This document shows positions 1 through 13,271 of a DNA stretch of 64,000 nucleotides, piece after piece. Made by a program: the position numbers and the translations under genes. This DNA is from Octopus sinensis (Eukaryota): assembly GCF_006345805.1 (NCBI RefSeq), contig NC_043021.1, forward strand, positions 25,482,001-25,546,000, given 5' to 3'. The notes under the pieces are model-generated. The model worked only from the letters and a program-made list of their open reading frames with translations, was not told where the DNA came from and made no database searches. The first letter of the stretch is position 1, and each line of letters opens with the position of its first letter.

Positions 1-1335
1 AAGGGACACAAAAAGGCTTCTAACTGAAAGAAAACGGGAATGGCTGTGTGGTTAAGGAGCTTGCTTTGTAACTCTGTGGCTTTGGGTTCAATCCCACTGC
101 ATGACATTTTGAGTAGGTGTCTTCTAATAGAGTCATGGTCTGACCAATGCTTTGTGAGTGGATTTGGTAGATGGAGACATAACATTGCAAGCATGGACTG
201 TCATGGCTGGAAAGGAAATCTCATCCTCAAAATTCTCAACAACTGAAAAAAACATGCAAGATTGGACAAGGTTTCCAAATTAGAGTAGAAACACCTGATT
301 TGTACCCATGGGTGTATGGCAGTCGCATTCAAGGAAACAATAAGCAGACCAGAACCAACAATGGAACGGCTCCTGAACACGAAGAACCCTCAGATTCATT
401 TCTTGGAATCAAAAACACCTGAGACCCACAGAATTATAGACAAATGACATCTTTACCAATATCATATAAACACATTAAATTTCCTCCATGACATGGGGCT
501 TCACTGAGGAAATGAGAAGAGACAAGGAGTTGTGGTGATTTGCAGTACTTGAGAAGATGTGTCAGGCCAAGTAAAATCAGGGTCATTCATACGTATGGGC
601 TTGTCTTTTGCAGGTGCCAATGTCACGTAAAATGCACTTGTGCCAGTGCCACGTTTAATGCACTTGAGGTGGTGCAGGTCAATGGCACATAAAGAGCACC
701 CAACACACTCTGTAAAGTGGTTGGTGTTAGGAAACACATCCAACTGGAGAAACCATGCCACAACAGACAGCCGGAGTCTGGACAGCTCCTGGCCAGCCAG
801 TCAAACCATCTAACCCATGCCAGCATGGAAAACAGATGTTAAATGATTATGATGATGATGATTAAACATATGTTGCATATCAGGCTTAATACACATTTGG
901 AGAAACCTCCATATAGATGCCACGGACAAACTATCAACAACCTCCTCTGTATGGACAAGTGTGAGTTTGTTAACATTTACACTTATCTGAAAGTCGCAGA
1001 GCAACAAGTTGTGACGTTGCTGCCATTTCCCCTGTAAACAAAACATCCATTGGTTTTGTGCCTGCAAAGACGAGTGATTAATAGTTCCTTTACTTAAGAA
1101 GCAGAGAAGGGTTAGTGAAAGGAAGGGCATCCAGTTGTAAAGCAAGGCTTCAATGATATATTTATCTAACACATGCCAGCATGGAAAAACAGACATAAAA
1201 ACAAAGATCTACTTTCGAGGAATCACATATCAAAAATTTCCATTGTTGTTCTTTGTCACTTACAGATGTGAACAGTTTTTCTTAACATTAAACATAACTG
1301 AAAACAAGTTGCATAATTTTATATATATATATATA

Positions 1336-1630
1336 TCATCATCATCATCATGGCTCGGCTTTGCGAACGAAGATCAGGAAGGCTGCCCACGTCGCGTGCA
1401 TGCACGCTCATGACTGACAAGTCCAATATGGGAAAAGCAGGTCTGTGAGCTGTGTCCACAGACGAAGGTAACATCCGGTGTGGTGTCAGAGGCGGCTCGC
1501 GCCTTCATCCTGCATCTCTCGTCTTTAAGTGCGTCTCTTCTTTGTTCCTCAAACTTGCTGACTGCGTTGAAGATCGTGTGGTGCCAGACATCATGGTCTG
1601 CAGCCAGGTCTGACCACCATTGGTCAAATT
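1336..1630 (-). mobile_element. RTE-clade LINE 3' end
   Basis: Minus strand translates to a decayed C-terminal Zn-finger-like tail (TFVCGHSSQTCFSHIGLVSHERAC) followed by an (ATG)n tail. Confidence 0.7.
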
Positions 1631-1632
1631 AA

Positions 1633-1686
<54 letters not shown>

Positions 1687-1912
1687 GTTCACAAATAAAC
1701 TAAAGAAGTACTCACTACAAACATAAAGTACATTAGTTTCTTTAGGCTGGTCCAGTGGTTTCTTACCCTGGCTCTGCATGCCATGGAAATTCCTAAATAA
1801 CAGACCACCAGACTAGCCTAAATATACACCCCCCCTCTCTCTGTTGACTTTTTCTAAGTAACAATTCCTTCAACATGAAACTAGTATGAACTGTTTGAAA
1901 GGTTTGCTTTAC

Positions 1913-2057
1913 CTTCTTTGGTCAATTCGCTAATACTGGAAGTCTCTGCAATCAATATATGCGATCTTGGTATTTCAAAGAGACATTCTCCACAAGAGAT
2001 GTCTTCTGTAGCTATCATACCATATTTGGCAACAGAACCCTCTTCAGATATTTTTAC
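1913..2057 (-). CDS. SETD6: SETD6-like, coding exon 2 (gene continues beyond window start)
   Basis: ttgtatccag acceptor. VKISEEGSVAKYGMIATEDISCGECLFEIPRSHILIAETSSISELTKE matches the Rubisco-LSMT/SETD6 SET N-terminal motif (GYGMVA..I..GE.LF.VPR). In frame with exon 1; donor G|GTAAAG. Confidence 0.85.
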
Positions 2058-2166
2058 CTGGATACAAAAACAAAAAAAATATAAATATAATATTGGTCAG
2101 AAAAATAAAAGGCCCCTTTAACAACATAACATTGATAGCAGCAAATTATACACACACACACATATA

Positions 2167-3458
2167 TATTGGATCGTCCCATAAATAATGCAGCTTTTTT
2201 ATACTTCTTTTATTTGAAAAATTAAGATAAACCAAGTTCTATTTTAATCTAAAATATACTCTCCTTCATTTTCTACACTGCTCTTCCATCTATCTGGTAG
2301 ACTTGCAAGGCTCCTCTTCCAAAATTCACTTGTCCATGACGAAAAATACTCCTCTAGTATTGTCCTGACCTCGTCTACAGAATTCATATTATTTCCATCC
2401 AAATGATTTTGAAGACTGCAGAATAAATGATAACCAGATGGGGCAATGTCCGGCGAATATGGTGGGTGGAGCATTGTTTCCCAATCAAAACTACTCCAGT
2501 GTTTGGAATGTCATCCTCACTGTATGTGGTCAAGCATTATCCTGATGGAAGAACAGCTTTGGTCTTGAAACCAAAGATGGTCATTTTTCTTCTAGTGCTG
2601 ACTTAAGCCACTCAAGCTCCCCACACTAGATCTCCTTTGTTATTGTTTGGCTTGGGTTAAAAATTTCAAAGTGGACTAAACCTTTTAAACCCCACCACAT
2701 AGATAACAACACCTTACATGGGTGAAGACCTTCTTTAGCCTGGGGTGCTGGTGTTTCTTTTTTCCCTGGTCACTGTCTTCAGTGCTTGACATTTTTATAG
2801 AGAACCTATTTCTTGTCACCAGTCACTATTCAGTGCCAAAAAGGTTCATTTGTGAGATGCAACAGCAAAGAAGAGCACATATTCACTCTGCATGCAATTA
2901 GACTCAGAAAGTTTGTGAGGAACCCACTGACCCAATTTGCTGACTTTTCTGATGGCATGTAGGTGTTGATGAATGGTTGAATGACCAAATCCAAGCTTCT
3001 CTGTTAGTTCCTCAACAGTTACGATGGGATTTTGCTCCACCAGGGTTTGCAGGATGCCCTCGTCATGCTTTACAGATCTTCCAAGATGAGGCTCATCTTC
3101 TAGGCTGTAGTTTCCAGCTTGGAATTTCTGGAATCACCATTGACACTAGCTTACACATATTGTCCGATCTCCATATACTGCATTAAATATTCCTTGCATT
3201 TTCCATTGTGTTGTTGCTTTTATTGAACTCATAAAACAAAATATGCCAAATATGCTCCTTTGTCATTTCCACTGTAGCTTTGAAAAAATAACTGTTAAAA
3301 TCAAACTGCATTCATCAAAACTTGCATTAAGAATAAGGACAAGGTAAAATTACTACCTGCTTTTACAGCAATTTGTTGCAGGCAATTTATCCCATCACTA
3401 TCTGACTTTTAGTTCATGCAGTTGAAAAAACCATATTATTTATGAGATGACCCCAATA
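2167..3458 (-). mobile_element. Full-length decayed mariner (Tc1/mariner DD34D type) in SETD6 intron 1
   Basis: TIRs TATTGGATCGTCCCATAAATAAT / ATTATTTATGAGATGACCCCAATA with TA ends. Fragments WVPHKLSE and HPPYSPDIAPSGYHLF; multiple frameshifts and stops. Confidence 0.93.
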
Positions 3459-4311
3459 CAGACAGACAGACAGACAGACAAATACACACACTCATACAGA
3501 CGTGAGGCCCTGTTTCGCCTCCTCTCTGACACATCAAACATTTTCCCTCATCTATGGCACTACTTGGCTTCTGTACTTCATCTGAGAGCAAAATTGGCAC
3601 ATATTTACATCTCAACCCCTTTCTACCAGCCTCGCCCACACTATTTCAACCAATCACCCTCAGGCTGTGGCTTCAGTTGCTGCCCCACCCCTGCTATACT
3701 CCATCCTAAACACCTCTCTTGTCTGCAATCATCCTCAACACCCTCCCACCTACTACAGCCCTTTATGTATCCCTATAACTCCCCCTCCACTGCTCCTACA
3801 CCTTGTACATACTTTCTGTTCTATAATCCTTCCTGAGCCACCTTACTCCACTCCAGACTGGCATTTCCAATCATCTGCACCCCAACCCTTATTTACCACT
3901 CACCACATGTTTACTACCCCACCACCACTGCACACAGATTTCTATGAAAGCCTCCATATGCTCTCTCATCTCCTCCCATGACCCACTGTCTGAATCTTCT
4001 CTTTTGCTCATCCTCTTGTATCGTGAGAGTTTGTTCTAGCCTCCATCACTACTTTCCTCTTACCTCCTTCAGCCATATATATATATATATATATATCCAC
4101 CCTAGCAAGATGCCTGTGCTTATTCTTTTATCATACTTTAGCCTTTCAACACCTAGCAATACAACTTCCATCTTTCCCTTAGAATCACTCTTTACCTTGC
4201 TGACTTGATTCTCAGCAAACATGTCAGAGTGTAAGTTCAAATCATTTGAGTGCTACTGTTTTCTATATTGAGATTTTCTCGGTTTCATCTGTTGATTCCC
4301 TCTCTCTCTCT

Positions 4312-4342
<31 letters not shown>

Positions 4343-5667
4343 CTATTATCAGTTAGTTAATATATTGTATGTTATACACCTGGTAATTTGACAGCAAAAC
4401 CTGTTTACTGTCTCAGTGTTCATTAATTTACCACTTCTATATACGAATACCAAGAAGAAATCGAGTGAAACAGAGTTTACTTTAACGAGATACCTATTGA
4501 AATCACCCGAGGAGTCACATCTATTCCGAGGGAAAGTCCTAAACCAAATGTTTCGTACCCAACCCGCAACGGATCGATGCTAGATGTGTGGAAACAACTG
4601 TAAAGATTCTTGTATCTCATTAATCAAATCGTTTCTGTACAGACAGCAACCCTATCAATATGCGAAATACTAAGTGCAAAAGTAAACCTCTTATCCTCTC
4701 TAGCTACATACTGTCCTTTTACTATGCCAGTTTCTCCAGCAGTCACAAAGAAACTAAACATACACCACGAACCATGGAACCAGAGAATATCTTATTGCAA
4801 CAACAAATAATAGCGTGTACACAAACAACTCGAAGCAGTTGTATAGTTCTTATATATTGTTACTAAGATTATAATCAACTTAATAAATGGCCATAATAAC
4901 AATCAAGCAGATATTGTTCCTCGTTCATTTATCCGATGCATCTTCGTCTATATAACTGCAAAACTTCTCTGTTATAATTGAAAAATTCTGTCACTATAAT
5001 TAATAACGTAATATTTTTCCCCATTAAATATTTAACTACGTTTAACAGGAAAAAGGAAAGCGTAAAGGTTTGTCTCCATCGACAATTGGTGTTTTGGCGT
5101 CTCGATACAAATAGCAGCATTTCATTGCCAAAAAGTGCAATAAATAATTTGGATCTATCTTACACATTTGCGAGAGAGAGAGAGAGACGTTTGATATTGT
5201 AATAGTGAAGCCAATGGTAATTTTCTGGCCGGTTGTATGACATAACCAGGAATACTCGGCATTATCAAAATAAAACCACTTGAAATCTCTTCGAGAATGT
5301 GTTTTTGATTTTCTGACTTATGGATAGCTGACCGATAACATGTGTGATATATTATATCCCATGTGCGATAATAAATATATATGCTTTCATTTAAAAACAT
5401 TCAATGAATGATTAATTCTTGTATTTTAACCGGTTCCTCGATCCATTTTCTGTTTCTGGTTAGAACAAAATAGTAAACAGTTTTTTTAGCCCCTTTTTAT
5501 TATGTGTATTATAGAGCAGAGTCGAAAGAGATATTAAAAAAAAAAACATGTTAAACATTGAAAGGAAAAAAGGAAAAAAGGAGAAATGAAATGACAAACG
5601 TAAATGCCTGGGTGTGGAGACATAGAGACAGGTAGACAGGTGTGTGTGTTATATTTCGAGGAAATAC

Positions 5668-5817
5668 CTTGGGACTAAGATTGAAATTGGATTTACAACA
5701 CCATTCTATAAATGCGTTCACAGTTTGGTCTTCTAATAAAGGCCGTTTCGAAAGGGAACAACCCGCGCTGCTATCACATATCAGCGAGCTCCGAACACGT
5801 TTCTGGTTGCTCTCCAT
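5668..5817 (-). CDS. SETD6: SETD6-like N-lysine methyltransferase, coding exon 1
   Basis: ATG at 5817. MESNQKRVRSS...TVNAFIEWCCKSNFNLSPK resembles the SETD6 N-terminus (FLSWC...LSPKV). Donor AAG|GTATTT, phase 0. Confidence 0.8.
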
Positions 5818-6119
5818 TTTGCTCGTACAATCCAAGGGAAGACCACTCTCATTGCTTTACCACGTGCACTTGCTTTTCGAATTAACCGCCTCTTGTTCTT
5901 CTCGCTTCTCTCTCTCTCTCTCTCGTCTCTAACGGTTGATTTACCTGAGCTGCTCATGTGTCTGTACGCTTGCACTATGATTTAATCATCGGTCTGTTCT
6001 CCCAAGTCATAAAATAGTACCTTATTTATTGCAGCAAGTATGGGTCCACATAGCTCGACTATGCCACCACGAACGTACCGACAACCTCCATCGGACATTA
6101 TAATTATATATATTATTCC

Positions 6120-6860
6120 ACTGCGAGGACGCAACTGGAGAAAATCATCGGCCGCATTACCCGAATGAAATGGAAAGCCTTCTTCTACAAGCACCCACCG
6201 ATTTCGAGCATTTCGAAGTAATTCCCCAAAATTCACTCCGAGAAAGCTTCGAATCGGACTTCTTAGACTTGATAGCAAAGCGGAGATTTTGAAAGTCCTC
6301 TCATCCTTTCTACCGTAAGCTTAGATGGAATATATGTAGACAAAAAGTAATTCTGATAAGACTTTACTGTTATAGGGATACAAAATGAGGCCCATGAACG
6401 GCTACTACAAGATTGTATTACACAGAATTACTGGAGGGCAACCGCTTCCTGCCTATGATGACATTAACAATAAAGCCAAGCAGATAGCAGCTAGGTTGGA
6501 AATTAATGATTAAATAGAGAATTGGGTTGAGAGGAATACCTCTACCATGTTTTACAGGTCACAAACTGAGTTTTCGCTGCCAACCTCAGGAGCTCGGTTT
6601 AGTGAGCAAACATCTACAAGGGAGAATTAACAATGATCTAAAAAGAGCTTCCCACTTCTTTCTATAGCGCAACACCTCTGAACTCATCTCGTGGATCAAC
6701 GATAACCGCAGTAGGGAAAGAGCATAAGGTTCACCCAATTCAATACCGTGGATATCCATATCGAAGAGCTGTTGTATAAGGCTTGACTTTGCTGGGGCAG
6801 AAATTATGGGCCACGAAAATCATGCTTTTAGACACGACGACATCCACCACAGTTACATGT
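6120..6860 (+). mobile_element. Decayed Penelope-like element RT (Naiad/Chlamys-like)
   Basis: Broken frames give QLEKIIGRITRMKWKAFFYKH, HERLLQDCITQNY, AYDDINNKAKQIAARLEIND*IE and SKHLQGRINNDLK...RNTSELISW, similar to Naiad-type PLE ORFs as I recall them. Confidence 0.6.
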
Positions 6861-9800
6861 GATCAATGCAATCATCCTGCGTGACTAATGAGTTGCAGAG
6901 AAAAAGAAAGCAAAACAAAAACGGGAAGTGGTGGCGTTGATCCAGTGGATTCACTTGGACTCCACAAGTCAATTCCTTTTTTGAGAAGAGCCATTTGACT
7001 CTATTCTATTTCTTTACTACCCACAAGGGGCTAATCACAGAGAGGACAAACAAGGACAGACAAATAGTTTAAGTCGATTATATCGACCCCAGTGCATAAC
7101 TGGTACTTATTTAATCGACCTCGAAAGGATGAAACGCAAAGTCGACCTCGGCGCAATTCAAACTCAGAACGTAACGGCAGACAAAATACCGCTAAGCATT
7201 TCGCCCGGTGTGCTTGCGATTCTGCCAGCTCACCACCTTATTCTTTATAATTCAGGTATGTGTGTCAGAGATTACCTGCAGAATGAAATGATTTCTGAGC
7301 TGTAATAATACCGTGGTTCATTGGTGCAATTTCCCGAGAGATGTGTGAGCTGCACTTGGAAGCTCAGCCATAACTTTGTGGATTGGATTATGCAGAATGT
7401 TCGATTACAGTGGAAATAGAAGAATCTAAATATGTGCTTTGTAAACATTACTGAAGAGAGTGCAACAAAGAGTATAGGCTGTAGAAAATGGGTACAGAAA
7501 AAGGCTGCTTGATTGAGGCCCCTTATCACATACACGAAACATTATAAGGCGTTGGATATCGCAAGAAACAGTTTTGATGATCAATGGATGAGCTTTCTGT
7601 GAGGGTCTGGCAACTCCTTCCAGTTTCTATCACAATTTACTTTCACTTTTTTACAACAGTAAATTGCATGTTAACTACAAATACAACCTGATTATACATT
7701 TGCTGCCTTCTCTGTAGCATTTTACCTCATGTTAATGTTGGTGCTGGCATGGCTGTGCAATTAAGAAGCCTGCTTCCCAGCCATGTGCTTTCAGTTTCAG
7801 TTCCTCTGCATGGCACTTTGAGCAAGTGTCTTCTTCTATAACCTTAGACCAGCCAATGCTTTGGATGTGGATCTGTTTGACAGAAACTGAAAGCCCACCA
7901 CACGTGGTTGTCCTTTGTTTTGCCATCTCATACAATGGTTGAAAATGAGCTTCACCATCGTACAAACAGTGTTGTTTGTTTCCAATCTTTCATGAAAAGC
8001 AATGTCTGGCCATGGGCAAATATTTACACTGTGTGAAAACAGGTGAGGGTTGGCAACATGGAGGGCATCCAGCTGTAGACAATTTGCTTTTTTAAAATCC
8101 ATCTGACCCAGATAAGCATAGAAAAGTGGACAGTAAAACAAGATAAAGTCTGTGTTTCTACAAAATGGTAATTCCAACAAGATTCAGTGGAGACTGAATA
8201 CAAACCAACTTCAGACACGGAAATTGCAACACACACCTGTCAAGACTGCAAAATGACATTTTAGTGAAATACTTGTCGCTGCTGATTCTACTGTTGGGTC
8301 AGTTTCTGAAATTGATGCATCAACAGATTATTTAAGCAAGAGAGGAATTCTGGAGGTGCATGTCCAAAGTGCAGTCTTGATTTTATGAGCAATCCATTGT
8401 CTCCATGAATAATGTAGCAGAAAAGATCTCCCACACATACAACACCTTCTGCAGTTAAAAGCAAGAATACTCTTACTCGGAGACAGTTAAGCAGTGACAC
8501 TGAAAACTTGAAGCTAATGCTGCCAGCAGTGCAGCTCAGCAATAACTTGAAAGTGAAGCTTGCTACAATTAAGATGCAACCAGACGGCTGTTCAAAGACA
8601 GCTGGAGATGCCTGAATCATAGGCTCACATTCAACAAAATGCTAATAGATAGGCCATGGAGGGACACCATTAAATCACACAACTCAAAGACAAGCAGAAA
8701 ATTCAAAGCTCAAGTACGCGTTTGAGCAATGGAAGAGAAATACCTTCAAATATGGTCCTGGACACAAACATGCTTCTGTAAAGATAATTTTTTTATTGGC
8801 ACCAAGCTGAAAATTTGTGACAAGCGATTGGTCAAGAAGTGGAAACAAGAGGCAACTGCAATGTGTTGATCCAATGGAAAAGGTTATCTACCTGATGTTG
8901 ATTCACTAGAGTCCACAAAACAGCTTTTTACTGCCTTACTGAGGGATCCAGATATTTGCTGCAGAACATCAGAAAATACAGCTCTGCTTTCTGAAAAGCA
9001 GAGCTGTATGAAAGAGCTTTATGCGAACCCCAAAATGTTATGATCAACAGCTTTCACTGGTGTCTGTTGCAGGCACTTTCAGGAAATAGTCAAACCTACA
9101 AATGGACAGATACTGAACGAGGAAGAAGAAATTTCTGATTCTACAGAACTTTGAAACGTTGATGTTTAAAAGCTGATGATTTCTTGGTTGTTAGAAACTT
9201 TTGCTTTTTAATCAATCAATTTTTAAGTGAAATGCTACTGCTGGGCTTTTATAAAGAGTGGAATAAAGCCGAAAAATATTGGTTTTTAATTTTGGCACAA
9301 GGCCAGCAAATTGAGGGAGGGAGAAAGTTGATTACATCAACCCCACTGTGCAGCACCTTGGGCAAGGGTCTTCTATGAGAGCCCAAAGTCAACCGGTACC
9401 TTGCAAGTGAATTTGGCAGATGAAAATTGCAAGAGGTTTGTCATATATGAGTGTATATATCACCATCATTGTTTGACATGTTTTCCATGCTGGCATGGGT
9501 TAGAGGGTTTGCCAGGAACCAGTGAGCCACAGAACTGTGTTGAGCTCCAGTGTGTGCTTTAGCATGGTTTTTATAGGTGGATACCCTTCACAGAGTGTAC
9601 TAGGTGCTTCTTTTGGGGCACCTGCACTAGTGAGGTGACCAAGTAGATCACAAGACAAAATCCATCAACTGAGTGGGTGGGGGTGTATTGCGTGAAGTGG
9701 CTTTGTGCCAGGTGGTGAGAAGTTTAAGGGACATAAACAGGTGCGTTGCTGTGGAGGAGATACGTGGCTACTCCAGCAGGAAAAAGAAAGAAGATAGGGG

Positions 9801-11436
9801 TCAAGATATATCAGGGTGTAGCCTCAAGTTACAGTGAAGTGGGGCAGCAGATTGGAGGGGGGAAAGTTTGTGAAAATGTGAAAGGAGAGTGGCAGATGGA
9901 TAGAGATGAAGATCAAGGTGAATGCAGAGAATGTTGACCATGGGTGGAAGTGTGGTCAATGGTGAATATCAGTTTGATGGGGAAGGGGGGTAATAGGTGG
10001 GTGGGGTAAAAAGTATACAGTGCCAGGGACAAAGTGAGAAGTACATAGGGATGAAAATAAAGGGACAGACAAAGGTAGTGGTTCCAAGGAGATGATAACT
10101 GCTTGGACAAAATGGGGACAAAACGTGCAGTTCTGCTCTCTTAACAATTTCCACTGCTAAGAGGGGGGGAAGGGACAATAGGAAGACGCTACACACATCT
10201 TTGTCAATGTTTTAATGTTGTCTTAAGGTATTGAACTGGTATAATCATTAGTATTCTGGGCAAAATGCTTAGCGGCGTTCCTTTTGTCCTTGTGTTCTGA
10301 GTTCAAATTCTGCCAAGGTTGACTTTTCCTTTCATCCTTTCAGAGTTGATAAAATAAGTACCAGTTGAGTAGTGGGGTGGGGTCCTTCCCCTAAAGTTGT
10401 CGGCCTTGTGCCAATATTTGTAACCAATATTTTAATGTTGTATTCTATGCTTGCACGGTCCAAAGGAATTTATTGAAGCTTTGGTCAGCTTGGAACTGGT
10501 CAAAGGTGCTGTGCAGCAGACAGAATCCAAGATCAAGAGGCTGTCAAAGGAACGTCTAAACCATACATCCATGTCTGGACACATACGTATGTGTGTGTGT
10601 GTGTGATGTTCTTTGCTTGAGAGAACTGGTGATGTGTTTACTTTCCCTGTTGGACATCAAGATCAATGATTCAAGGCTTTTAAAGACCCATGGCATAAGA
10701 AATCACTTCCTTCAATAAACAGTTTAGAGTTGGCAACAGGAAAAGCATCAAACCCCTGCCTCAATTATGTCCCCTGTCCAGCCCATGCTTAACAGAAGGG
10801 ACAAACAGTAAAAAAAATTAGGAAAAATCACTGCATTTTATTTCCATTTGTAAACAGTAACAATTGAAATCTAAAAGTAATTTAAAAGTTAAGTCGATGT
10901 AGAGTTTAGATATCGTTAAAAAATTATAAACTTGGTTAAGTTACATAAAGTGAAGTCTCATTCCAAATTGTATAGCCCCCCCCTCCACACACACATGCAT
11001 CTTCAGTCAAGACTCTGAAAGCCAGAAACGAACCTGGTTTCCATGGTTCCATAAGTGACTAAGATCACACTAGTCCTTCCTGAATGAGACACTGGTCTGT
11101 CACACGGTTAACCTCCCAGCTGTTAGAGGATTATCCATTAACAGCTGAGAGGAAATGTTAAATAAAGGGCTTTTAGTCAAGAACCCAATGCATCATTCAG
11201 TCTGGCAATTGAAACCAGGGTCTAACGATTATGACCACAACACCTTAATCACTTGGCTTGCACCTTCATACATTCACACACACACATTCTTTTTCTGACT
11301 GTAAGGAATCCGAATATTATTTTAGATGTAAAACATATTATTATAATATATATCATCGTGTATATTACATAGCTTCTGTCCAATCAATGATATAAAAATA
11401 AATCTAATATCGAATTATTTCCGTTGATTCAAGGCT

Positions 11437-11538
11437 TTAATTGCTTCCAGTGACATTAACCGTTTTTGCAAATCCAATCGATTGCAGAGCTTCCCTGATG
11501 GCACTGTACACATTTGGATCTTCAATTGTCGGTGGAAT
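11437..11538 (-). CDS. ACSS3: ACSS3 exon 17 (last coding exon)
   Basis: IPPTIEDPNVYSAIREALQSIGFAKTVNVTGSN*; TAA ends at 11437. Summed CDS is 2124 nt (708 codons). Confidence 0.93.
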   Translation of the reverse strand: MPPTIEDPNVYSAIREALQSIGFAKTVNVTGSN

Positions 11539-13095
11539 CTGGAAAAGGAAAGGAAAAAAAAAAAGCAGAAATAAGACAAACTTATGGTGATATTCTTGAA
11601 ATTTTGTAATATTTCAGGATCCAGCTTTTAACCATTTTTTTTAAATGCAGGCACAGCCGTGTGGTAAAGGGGTTTAAAAAGTTTGACCCTTTAGCATTCA
11701 GATTATTGTATCAAGTGTAATGCTTATTTATTTGTATTGTTTCAAATTATACATTATCTCATAGCTTTGAGATTTCGGTGATGTGGTTGTTTATTTTTAG
11801 AATGACATTGTAGGGTAGGTGTGAGAGGCTAGATCTGGCTAGTCTGAACATAAAAATTGCTAAAGTATTTAGGCTGGATGTGGCTGGTTTAAATGCTAAA
11901 GGGTTAAAAAAAAAAGGTACTTTGGACCTTGAGCTGAGTGGATTTGGTCCTAGGTGTCATATGTGACCCCTGTCGTATACGTGTGTGGTTTTGTGTCTCT
12001 TTGTGTGACAGGTGTAAACGAGTATCTTTCATCTTCAGTCTTCCATGGAAACAAATTGCCCACCCATGACAACGTTGATGATGATGATGAATGTTCATCA
12101 GAATGCATTTTGAATTAACTTTGGGGACTTGTGAATGTTGACATTATAAGCAGCAGCTTAGGAAAGACAAAAGAAACAGGACTTGGCCCCTATTTCTCTT
12201 ATCTAGCAAGTGATGGACACACGGTTGGTATGATGCTAGGGAACCAACCTCACTTTTCAGCGCTTCATTGTCATCGTTTTAGTGTCCACTTTTCTTTCCA
12301 TTCTTGCATGGGTCAAACACAATTTGCTGAGGCCGATTTTCTACAGCCAGATGACCTTTGTGATTGTCACCTTCACCTGTTTCCAAGCAAGGTAATATCT
12401 AATCATGAGCAAACATGATTTTCACGGAAGATTGGAAATGAACGACACTGCTTGTATAACGGTGACACTCATTTACAACTCTTGAACAATAACAAGACAA
12501 GGAGACACAAGCATACACACACTCATACATACATACATACACACACACACTCATATATACATACACACACACTCATACATACATACATACTCATACATAC
12601 ACATATACATACATACTGATATGTCGTGCATTATAACAACGTAACTTCGTTGTCCGTGTGACTGGCCTGAACAGGGCACCTCGCTGACTGACCCCGCTTG
12701 CTGCGTCTGCCATGTAGTGAGGGTGAGCCCCAAACTGTGTTGACTGAGAAGCAAACTTATTCAGCAGAGAGGGGCAAAACATGATTATAATTAGCAAAAG
12801 GAATTTAGTTTATAACTCTCAACTGGAAAACAAATATCATTTTCAGAGATTCTGGCTTTCTTGTGGGGTCAGTTTTGCAGTCTCCATAGCATGACTGAGA
12901 CAACAGGATCCCAGTCCATCCCAGGATTTCTCATTTAAGGTAAAATGGACAGGAGCAACATGAAATAAAGTGTTTTTTCCTCAAGAACACAACACTCTGC
13001 CCATGTGAATGCAACACCTTAACCACTAGAATACGTGCTTCTGCATCTGTTCCTTAGAGATTTTGGTTCTTTTATCTCCAAACGTTGATTCTTAC

Positions 13096-13271
13096 CTTAA
13101 ATTCCTTTCCAGCTGCCAAAGCTGCGATTGTGTTGCGAGCAGTTTTTCCTGATCTGGTTTTCGGTAACGCTGGCACTATGACTGCTTGTTTAAAATAAGC
13201 AACTGGACCGATGCTCACTCGCACAATTTGTATAACGTCTTCTATAATTTCATTTGCATTCTTGGTCAAAC
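13096..13271 (-). CDS. ACSS3: ACSS3 exon 16
   Basis: (G)LTKNANEIIEDVIQIVRVSIGPVAYFKQAVIVPALPKTRSGKTARNTIAALAAGKEFK; catalytic, acetylatable PKTRSGK lysine present. Confidence 0.95.

Noticed and set aside
3263-3274. In-frame SETD6-mariner (SETMAR-like) fusion protein
   Set aside because: The phase-0 splice gives an immediate TGA, and the transposase is riddled with frameshifts and stops.
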